Assembly: GCA_963822965.1 (NCBI GenBank) | Contig: CAWGJT010000010.1 | Span: forward strand, 512,001-576,000 | Direction: 5' to 3' | DNA from: an uncultured delta proteobacterium | GTDB taxonomy: Bacteria > Myxococcota_A > UBA9160 > UBA4427 | Length of the DNA: 64,000 bases | Part shown: positions 56,661 to 64,000 of the stretch, piece after piece | How positions within the stretch are numbered: the stretch's first letter is position 1 | How the letters are laid out: each line of letters starts with the position of its first letter | Position numbers and translations under genes: made by a program | Notes under the pieces: model-generated | Database searches by the model: none | The model's input: only the letters and a program-made list of their open reading frames with translations | Told to the model about the DNA's origin: nothing

Positions 56661-57912
56661 ATGAGCAATCCGAACGGCAGACGCGGGATCCGCAGCGAGC
56701 CCGACGAGCACGGCCGCTTCGGCGACTTCGGGGGACGCTACGTCTCCGAATCGCTGATCGCCGCGCTCGACGAGCTGGTAGAGGCCACGGAGACCATCGT
56801 TCCCTCGCCGGCGTTCCGAGGCGGAGCTGGATCACCTGCTGCGGACCTACGCCGGCCGGCCGACGCCCCTCACCTTCGCAGCGCGCATGACCGAGGATCT
56901 CGGCGGCGCGAAGGTCTATCTGAAGCGCGAGGACCTCGCGCACACGGGCGCGCACAAGATCAACAACGTCCTGGGACAGGCGCTGCTCGCGAAGTACATG
57001 GGCAAGCCGCGGGTGATCGCCGAGACGGGCGCCGGGCAGCACGGCTGTGCCGCGGCCACGGCCTGCGCGCTGCTGGGCCTCGAGTGCGTGGTCTACATGG
57101 GCGAGGAGGACGTGCGGCGTCAGGCGCTGAACGTCTTCCGCATGGAGCTGCTGGGCGCCGAGGTGCGGCCGGTGAGCTCGGGCTCGCGCACGCTGAAGGA
57201 CGCCATCAACGAGGCGATGCGCGACTGGGTGACGAACGTCCGCAACACCTACTACTGCATCGGCTCCGTGATGGGCCCGCACCCGTACCCCACCCTGGTC
57301 CGCAACTTCCAGCGCGTGATCGGGCTCGAGGTGCGCGCGCAGGTCCAGGAGGTGGAGGGCCGCCTGCCGGACGTGCTCGTGGCCTGCGTGGGCGGGGGCT
57401 CGAACGCGATGGGTCTCTTCCACCCGTTCGTGGAGGACGACGGCGTGCGCCTGGTGGGCGTGGAGCCGGGCGGAGAGGGCGTCCACTCGGGGCGCCACGG
57501 GGCCACCATCACGGCGGGGGTCCCCGGCATCTTCCACGGCAAGCGCACCTACGTGCTGTCGGACGACGACGGGCAGATCTTCCCCGCCCACTCGGTCTCG
57601 GCGGGCCTCGACTATCCGGGCGTGGGGCCGGAGCACGCGTACCTGAAGGACGCGGGTCGGGCGGAGTACGTGGTGGCCGACGACGACGAGGCGCTCGACG
57701 CCTTCGTCTACCTGTCCCGCAAGGAAGGCATCATTCCCGCTCTCGAGAGCGCCCACGCGGTGGCGCACGCGCGCAAGCTCGCGCCCGAGCTGCCCCCGGA
57801 AGCCATCCTGGTCGTGAATCTCTCGGGGCGCGGCGACAAGGACGTGGACGAGGTGCGCCAGATCCTGGCGCGCCGCGCCGCGGAAGGCTCCGCCGTCCCG
57901 GGGCTGCACTGA
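56661..57912 (+). CDS. trpB: Tryptophan synthase beta chain (frameshift near 56820)
   Basis: [66 protein letters not shown]. Confidence 0.96.
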
Positions 57913-57958
57913 TGTCGTGTCGCAGACCGCGAGGTTCGCGTCTTTCGGAGCGCCGCTG

Positions 57959-58765
57959 ATGTCGCGAATCGGCGAACGCTTCGCGGCGCTGCGCGAGCGG
58001 GGGGAGGGCGCCCTCGTGGTCTTCCTCACCGCGGGAGACCCGGACCTCGAAGCCACCGAAGCGCTCGTGTTGACGATGGCCGAGTCCGGGGCGGACGTGA
58101 TCGAGATCGGCGTGCCGTTCTCCGATCCCACCGCCGACGGGCCCACCATCCAACGCTCGAGCGAACGGGGGCTTCGGGCCGGGGCCAGCCTGCGCCGCAT
58201 TCTCGACCTCGTGCGGGGCCTGCGCGACCGGGTGGACGTGCCCCTCGTGCTGATGGGCTATGCGAACCCCTTCTACGCCATGGGTGCCGAGCGCTTCGCG
58301 GCCGCCGCCCGGGAGGTGGGCGTGGACGGGGTGATCGTGCCGGACCTGCCGCCCGAGGAGGGGGCTTCGTTCTTCGATGCGCTCGAGCGTGCGGGCATCG
58401 ATGGAATCCTGCTCGCCGCCCCGACCACCACCCGCGAGCGGATGAAGCTGCTGGCGGAGCGGACCCGGGGCTTCCTCTACTACGTGTCGCTCACGGGCGT
58501 CACCAGCGCCCGGGGCGCCCTCGGCGGTGGCATTCGCGAGGGCGTGGCGCTCGCGAAGGAGTTCACCCGGCTGCCGGTGTGCGTGGGCTTCGGCATCTCG
58601 CGTCCGGAGCACGCGCGAGAGGTGGCGTCCCCCGGCGAGGGATGCGCGGAGGGCGTGGTGGTGGGCAGCGCCATCGTCGACCGCATCGAGGCGGCGGCCT
58701 CCCCCGACGAGGCGGTGGCGGACGTGGGCCGCTTCGTCGCCGAGATGAAGGCCGCCCTGCGCTGA
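57959..58765 (+). CDS. trpA: Tryptophan synthase alpha chain
   Basis: TAGDP, IEIGVPFSDPTADGPTIQ, PDLPPEE, YYVSLTGVT, GFGIS, VVGSA. Confidence 0.96.
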   Translation: MSRIGERFAALRERGEGALVVFLTAGDPDLEATEALVLTMAESGADVIEIGVPFSDPTADGPTIQRSSERGLRAGASLRRILDLVRGLRDRVDVPLVLMGYANPFYAMGAERFAAAAREVGVDGVIVPDLPPEEGASFFDALERAGIDGILLAAPTTTRERMKLLAERTRGFLYYVSLTGVTSARGALGGGIREGVALAKEFTRLPVCVGFGISRPEHAREVASPGEGCAEGVVVGSAIVDRIEAAASPDEAVADVGRFVAEMKAALR

Positions 58766-58790
58766 CCCGCGCGTTCGGCCGCCCGGCGGG

Positions 58791-59408
58791 TCAGCCGACC
58801 AGCTGCTTCCAGAGGTCGCGCACCTGCTGGAGGGTCTCGTCGTAGCTGCCGCTGTTGTCGATCAGGTGATCGGCCAGCGCCCGCTTCTCGTCGATCGGCA
58901 CCTGGGCCCGGATCCGGGCCAGGGCCTCCTCCCGGGTGCAGGCGTCGCGATCCATGGTCCGCTCGATCTGGAGCTCCACCGGCACCCAGGCCAGGATCAC
59001 CCCCTCCACGCCCAGGGCGCCGGCGGTGTCCCGTCCCTCGCGCCGTCCCTCGAAGAGCAGCGGAATGTCCGCCACCGCCATGGGCGCCATCGCCTCCCGG
59101 GCCTCGCTCACCTGTCGCAGCATCTCCAGGCCCACCTGGGGATGGACGATCAGGCCGAGCCGGCGGCGGGCCTCGGGGTCGCGGAAGACGATGCCGGCCA
59201 GGCTCTTGCGGTCCAGGGCGCCGGAGCCGTCGAGGATCTCCTCGCCGAACGCGGCGGCGAGCTCGTCGAGCATCGGCATGCCCGGCGCCTGCAGCTCGTG
59301 AACGATGCGGTCGGCGTCGATGATGACGGCGCCGAGCTCGCGGAGCATGCTCGCCACCGTGCTCTTGCCCGAGCCGATCCCACCCGTGAGTCCCACCACG
59401 CGCGTCAT
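58791..59408 (-). CDS. coaE: Dephospho-CoA kinase
   Basis: VGLTGGIGSGKST, IDAD, LDRK.LA..VF, IVHP, DIPLLFE, IDNSG. Confidence 0.93.
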   Translation of the reverse strand: MTRVVGLTGGIGSGKSTVASMLRELGAVIIDADRIVHELQAPGMPMLDELAAAFGEEILDGSGALDRKSLAGIVFRDPEARRRLGLIVHPQVGLEMLRQVSEAREAMAPMAVADIPLLFEGRREGRDTAGALGVEGVILAWVPVELQIERTMDRDACTREEALARIRAQVPIDEKRALADHLIDNSGSYDETLQQVRDLWKQLVG

Positions 59409-59480
59409 GGGACCATGATGCACCACTCCGCGCGGCTTCGCCTCGGCGGCGGGGGCGCGGGAGGGCGAGGATGCCCGGGG

Positions 59481-61199
59481 TCAGTCGAGCTCGCTGTCCA
59501 CCATGGCCGCGACCACGCAGTTCTTGCCCTGGTCCTTCGCGCTGTACAGGGCCCGGTCCGCGGCCTCGAAGAAGAGCCGTCGGTTGCCCGCGAACTGGGC
59601 CACGCCGACCGAGACGGTGATGCGCACCGGCCGCAGGCTGTCGTTCACGATGTGCGGGGCCTGCTCGACCGCCATCCGGATCTTCTCCGCCAGGGCGATT
59701 CCGCCCTCGATGTCGGTGTCGGTCGCCAGCACCACGAACTCCTCGCCCCCGTAGCGCGCGAGCAGGTCGCTCTTGCGCACCGTCGTGTCCAGGATCGAGG
59801 CCACGCGCATCAGCAGCTCGTCGCCGCTCGCGTGGCCGAGCCGGTCGTTGAGCTGCTTGAAGTCGTCGAGATCGACGAGCAGCATCGAGAGGGGCTTGCC
59901 CGTGCGCCCCTGCCGCTTGATCTCGCGGATGAGACTCTCCTGGAAGTAGCGGTGGTTGTGGAGCTTCGTGAGGCCGTCGGTGATCGACAGCTGCGAGAGG
60001 ACCTCGTTCGCGCGCTGCAGCTCCTCGTTCTGGCTCAGGAGCTGGCGGTTCGCGTCCCGCAGCTCGGCCTGGCTCTCGCGCAGCTTGCCCATCATCTCGT
60101 TGAAGGACCGCGTCAGGCGCCCGATCTCGTCGTGGGTGCCCGGGTCGGAGATCGCCTGGCCCAGGTCTCCCCGGGAGGCCAGCCGCGCTCCCTCGGAGAG
60201 GTCCTCGATCGGGCGGAGCATGCGGGTGGTGATGCGGTAGGCGAACGCGATGAAGACGACGATGATGACGAGATCGGTGACGAAGATGCGCGTCACGACG
60301 TCGAGCACCGGCGCGAACGCCCGGGTGAACGGCGCTTCGACGACGAGCACCCAGTCGCGCGCCGCGATCTCCGGGGCCTGGGCCTCTGCAGGCCCGCAGA
60401 CCCGCGCGATGGCACCGAGCACGTGCACCCCGCTCTCGCTCGCGTACTCCTGCACCCGCTCCGACGAGCGCGCGCGAAGCTGGGCGACGGCGTGCTCCGC
60501 GGCCGCCGGGGGCAGCGGGTCCTCCCCGATGCTCGCGAGCACGAGGCCGTCCCCGTCGGTCAGCAGCAGCGGCCCGATGCCCTCGCGACTCTCGCTCGCG
60601 AGGATCGACTGGATGCGGTCCCGTTTGAAGCGGGCCACGAGCCAGGGGCCGCCGGCGTCGTCGGCGAGGGGAGCCGCAGCGATCGCGACCCCTCGCTCCC
60701 GCACCCGCATCGCGAAGGTTCCCGGCGAAGCGTCCGTGACGGGCCACGGCGCGGGGGGCAGGGCGTCCTCCGGCCAGGATTCGCTGGACGCGAGCCATTC
60801 GCCGCGGGAAGACAGCACGGCCGCGGCGTCGAAGTGCAGGGCGCCCGCCAGGAAGTCCTCCAGCATGCGTCGCGCCGCGGGATGGTGACCGGCCCGCGAG
60901 TGCGTGAGCGAGCCGAGCTGGTGGCGGGTCAGGCGATCCGCCGCCATGGCGGCGATCTCCGTGCGCCCGCTCTCGAGCCACGGAGCCAGCGCGGTCGCCG
61001 TGCGCGCCAGGGCCGCCGGCAGGCCCCGATCGATGCGGTCCCGCAGCTGCGCGTGGGTCGCCTGGATCGCGATCCAGCTGATCACGAGGGCCGTGCTGAA
61101 GGTGCACAGGAAGACCAGGAAGATGATCTTCGCCGCGATGCTGTGGCGGCGCGGGTCCTTCGCGTCGGCGCTCGCGTGTGTGGGCGTGGGGTCGGGCAT
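59481..61199 (-). CDS. Membrane-bound diguanylate cyclase (periplasmic sensor-HAMP-GGDEF)
   Basis: Two TM helices, HAMP (DEIGRLTRSFNEM), TDGLTKLHN, DLDDFK..ND..GH..GD, RKSD I-site, RYGGEEF. Confidence 0.92.
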   Translation of the reverse strand: MPDPTPTHASADAKDPRRHSIAAKIIFLVFLCTFSTALVISWIAIQATHAQLRDRIDRGLPAALARTATALAPWLESGRTEIAAMAADRLTRHQLGSLTHSRAGHHPAARRMLEDFLAGALHFDAAAVLSSRGEWLASSESWPEDALPPAPWPVTDASPGTFAMRVRERGVAIAAAPLADDAGGPWLVARFKRDRIQSILASESREGIGPLLLTDGDGLVLASIGEDPLPPAAAEHAVAQLRARSSERVQEYASESGVHVLGAIARVCGPAEAQAPEIAARDWVLVVEAPFTRAFAPVLDVVTRIFVTDLVIIVVFIAFAYRITTRMLRPIEDLSEGARLASRGDLGQAISDPGTHDEIGRLTRSFNEMMGKLRESQAELRDANRQLLSQNEELQRANEVLSQLSITDGLTKLHNHRYFQESLIREIKRQGRTGKPLSMLLVDLDDFKQLNDRLGHASGDELLMRVASILDTTVRKSDLLARYGGEEFVVLATDTDIEGGIALAEKIRMAVEQAPHIVNDSLRPVRITVSVGVAQFAGNRRLFFEAADRALYSAKDQGKNCVVAAMVDSELD

Positions 61200-61395
61200 C
61201 GGATCGCAGGCACTCCTGTCCACCTCCCGTATCGACCTTGCGCGCAAACGGCTTGATTTACCCCCACGACTGGAAACCTTCATGAATTCGACAAGTTAGG
61301 CGTATCCCGAGGGAGCCCTCGGCCCCGGGGGCCGCCGCTCGCGGCCAAGTGGTGATAACCCCTTGTCGCACAAGACGAATCGGGCCCCCGGCCGA

Positions 61396-61424
61396 TTGCG
61401 ACGCCTTTGCCCCCTTGGTATCTT
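61396..61424 (+). promoter_or_regulatory. Putative sigma70 promoter of pheA-hisC-tyrA
   Basis: TTGCGA-N17-TATCTT with an extended TG motif. Confidence 0.55.
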
Positions 61425-61550
61425 GCGCGAGATTTTCCGGGGGGTTAGCGACTCTGCCACCGGTCGGATCGACCCCCCGAACTCCCCTGAATGGTCTCGG
61501 ACGGGACCCGTGTGCAGACGCTCGACGAGCGTCGGATCGACGAGGAGCGG

Positions 61551-62756
61551 ATGGCCGACGAACGTCGACCGCAGACAGCCGGCGGCGACAGCTCGCATGC
61601 CGGCGTATCGCCGGAGCTCGCGCGCCTGCGCGAGGCGATCGACCGCGTCGATCTGGAGATCCTCGAGCGTCTCAACGAGCGGGCGCGACTGGTCAAGCAG
61701 GTCGGCGAGGAGAAGCGCACCCGGCGGGCGCCGGTCTACGTGGCCGGTCGGGAGCGGGACCTGATCGCGCGCTTGCAGGAGCAGAACCCCGGACCCTTCC
61801 CCACCGCCGCCATCCGGCACGTGTTCCGGGAGATCGTCTCGGCGACGCGCTCCCTGGAGGAGATCGTACGGGTGGCGTTCCTCGGGCCCGAGGGCACCTT
61901 CAGTCACCAGGCCGTGGCGCGGCAGTTCGGCGCCCAGATCGACCGCATGCCCGCCGCCTCCATGCGCGAGGTGTTCTCGCTCACCCAGCAGGGGAAGTCC
62001 CACTACGGCGTGGTGGCGGTCGAGAACACCACCGAGGGCGCGGTGGCCGAGACCTTCGACGCGCTGGTCGAGTCGGAGCTCTCCATCTGCGGCGAGCTCA
62101 TGCTCGAGGTGACCGAGTGCCTTCTCTCGGCCTCGGGTCGCGTGGAGGACATCCGGAAGCTCGCATCCCACCCCCAGCCGCTCGGCCAGTGTCGCCTCTG
62201 GATCCAGCGCCACCTGCCCGGCATGCAGATCGTCGAGACGGCCAGCACCGCGGCGGCCGCGCAGCTCGCCGCCCAGGACGGCGCCGTCGCGGCCATCGCC
62301 AGCGAGGTCGCCGCGGACGTGTACGGGCTCCAGGTGATCGAGCGCGAGATCGAGGACAGCCCGGGCAACACCACCCGCTTCCTGGTGATCGGCCGCGAAT
62401 CGCCGGCGCCGAGCGGCGACGACCTCACGTCGGCGGTCTTCACCGTGCGCAAGGACCAGAGCGGGGCCCTGTATCGCCTGCTCGAGCCGTTCGCGCGCTA
62501 CGGCGTGAACCTGAACTCCATCCAGTCGCGCCCGATGAAGGGAAAGCCCTGGGAGTACCTGTTCTTCGTGGACATGCAGGGACACGCGGAGGACACGAAC
62601 GTCGCCAAGGCCCTGCGCGAGGCGGCCGGTGTCGCCCACTCCCACAAGATCCTGGGCTCGTATCCCCGGGCGTCGGCGACTCCCCGGACCTCCGCGGCGC
62701 GGAAGCCCGCGGCGCGCGCGGCCTCCGACACCCTGCCCGGCGAGGAGGGCGCGTGA
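61551..62756 (+). CDS. pheA: Chorismate mutase/prephenate dehydratase
   Basis: LREAIDRVD..IL..LNERA, FLGPEGTFS, ENTTEG, SHPQ, NTTRFLVIG, ACT domain QSRP..WEYLFFVD. Confidence 0.95.
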   Translation: MADERRPQTAGGDSSHAGVSPELARLREAIDRVDLEILERLNERARLVKQVGEEKRTRRAPVYVAGRERDLIARLQEQNPGPFPTAAIRHVFREIVSATRSLEEIVRVAFLGPEGTFSHQAVARQFGAQIDRMPAASMREVFSLTQQGKSHYGVVAVENTTEGAVAETFDALVESELSICGELMLEVTECLLSASGRVEDIRKLASHPQPLGQCRLWIQRHLPGMQIVETASTAAAAQLAAQDGAVAAIASEVAADVYGLQVIEREIEDSPGNTTRFLVIGRESPAPSGDDLTSAVFTVRKDQSGALYRLLEPFARYGVNLNSIQSRPMKGKPWEYLFFVDMQGHAEDTNVAKALREAAGVAHSHKILGSYPRASATPRTSAARKPAARAASDTLPGEEGA

Positions 62757-63862
62757 TGGCGCTCGAGAAGATCGTCAAGCCGCACATCCTGGAGATCAAG
62801 CCCTACCAGCCGGGCAAGCCGGTGGAGGCCCTCGAGCGGGAGCTGGGCATCTCGGGCGCGATCAAGATCGCCTCCAACGAGAATCCCTACGGGCCGTCCC
62901 CGAAGGCCATCGAGGCGATGCGCGCCGCCCTTTGCGAGATGCACCGCTACCCCGACGGCGCGGGCTTCTCGCTGCGCCAGAAGCTGGCCGCGCGCTTCTC
63001 CGTGGATCCGGCCCAGCTCGTCTTCGGCTGCGGCGCCGACGAGGTGCTGGAGCTGCTCGCGAAGAGCTTCCTCGGCCCCGGCGACGAGGTCGTCTACGCC
63101 TGGCCGTCGTTCGCCATGTATCCGGTGGTCGTGAAGGGCATGGGGGCCACCTCGGTGCAGGTTCCGCTCGACGCCGACCTGGTGCACGACCTGCGCGCGC
63201 TGGCCGCCGCCGTCACGCCCCGCACGAAGATGGTGATCCTGTGCAACCCGAACAACCCGACCGGGACGAGCTTCGGCGCGGCGGCGTTCGACGCGTTCGC
63301 CGCCTCGCTGCCGGACGACCTCGTGCTGGTGGTCGACGAGGTGTACTGGGACTTCGCCCGCCGTGACGACTTCCCGGACACGCTCTCGTGGCTGCGCCGC
63401 CGACCCGGGACGATCTCGGTGCGCAGCTTCTCGAAGCTGTACGGCCTGGCGGGGCTGCGCATCGGCTACGGAATCTGCGACCCGGAGCTCGCCAGCATCC
63501 TCGACCGCGCGCGGCATCCCTTCAACGTGAGCCGCCTGGCCGAGATCGCTGCGGTGGCCGCGCTCGACGACGTCGAGCACGTCGAGCGCACCCTCGCGGG
63601 AAACCGGCAGGGAGCGGAGATGCTCACCCGCGAGCTCGAGGCGCTGGGCGTCGAGGTGTGGCCGACCGACACGAACTTCATGCTCTGCCGAACGGCCGCC
63701 ACCGGCGCCGAGACCTATCAAGCGCTGCTGCGCGAGGGCGTGATCGTGCGGCCGCTGCCGGGCACGGGTCTGGATCACCACGTTCGCATCACCATCGGCA
63801 CCCCCGAGGAGAACGAGCGACTCGTGAAGGCGATGCGCAAGCTCGCGGAGGGGGCGCGGTGA
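62756..63862 (+). CDS. hisC: Histidinol-phosphate aminotransferase
   Basis: YQPGKP, ASNENPYGPSP, YPD, CNPNNPTG, DEVY, RSFSKLYGLAGLRIGY. Confidence 0.94.
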   Translation: MALEKIVKPHILEIKPYQPGKPVEALERELGISGAIKIASNENPYGPSPKAIEAMRAALCEMHRYPDGAGFSLRQKLAARFSVDPAQLVFGCGADEVLELLAKSFLGPGDEVVYAWPSFAMYPVVVKGMGATSVQVPLDADLVHDLRALAAAVTPRTKMVILCNPNNPTGTSFGAAAFDAFAASLPDDLVLVVDEVYWDFARRDDFPDTLSWLRRRPGTISVRSFSKLYGLAGLRIGYGICDPELASILDRARHPFNVSRLAEIAAVAALDDVEHVERTLAGNRQGAEMLTRELEALGVEVWPTDTNFMLCRTAATGAETYQALLREGVIVRPLPGTGLDHHVRITIGTPEENERLVKAMRKLAEGAR

Positions 63863-64000
63863 AGCCTCTCTTCTCGCGGGTGGCGGTGCTCGGCCTGGGG
63901 CTGCTGGGCGGCTCCGTGGCGGCCGCGGCCCGCACGCGCGGGGTCGCGGGGCACGTCGTCGGGTACGGCCGGCGGCGGGCGCCGCTCGAGCGTGCCCTCG
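63859..64000 (+). CDS. tyrA: Prephenate/arogenate dehydrogenase, 5' part (runs off the window)
   Basis: GTG start overlapping the hisC stop; VAVLGLGLLGGS Rossmann motif; typical pheA-hisC-tyrA order. Confidence 0.8.
   Translation, partial: MKPLFSRVAVLGLGLLGGSVAAAARTRGVAGHVVGYGRRRAPLERAL

Noticed and set aside
61200..61550. Riboswitch (e.g. c-di-GMP) or Phe leader peptide between the diguanylate cyclase and pheA
   Set aside because: No recognisable aptamer consensus, Phe-rich uORF or terminator; the AT-richer patches are explained by promoters.

Overview
High-GC bacterial chromosomal window with no rRNA, tRNA, CRISPR array, integrase or transposase that I can recognise. The gene content and style suggest a Myxococcota/deltaproteobacterial-like lineage (inference only). 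Many conserved genes carry 1-nt indels in clusters (nqr, ABC transporter, 39-43 kb, trp operon), most likely long-read assembly errors. Main blocks in order: GH38 mannosidase; complete Na+-NQR operon (nqrA-F, apbE, small nqrM missed by the ORF track); argD; xylB-xylA-galM; CoA-transferase, ADH, methyltransferase, S8 protease, glycosyltransferase, SDR; LMW-PTP and a Ser/Thr kinase with a cNMP domain; ThDP enzyme plus ALDH; greB, chaC and an osmoprotectant ABC transporter; sulfotransferase and GH1; exosortase-queG; dcd-dtd; ccdA-tlpA; Crp-like protein; lptD; trpEGDCFBA; coaE; diguanylate cyclase; pheA-hisC-tyrA. The best candidate for an undescribed system is a classical ribosome-mediated attenuator in front of the arginine-pathway gene argD: a sigma70 promoter, a 36-aa leader peptide with 10 Arg including RRRR, mutually exclusive hairpins and an intrinsic terminator. 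Other notable items are an unannotated orphan PqqA-like peptide, widespread leaderless-type promoters including a symmetric bidirectional one, a probable 2-oxoglutarate decarboxylase/SSADH pair, and repeated micro-duplications at gene boundaries.
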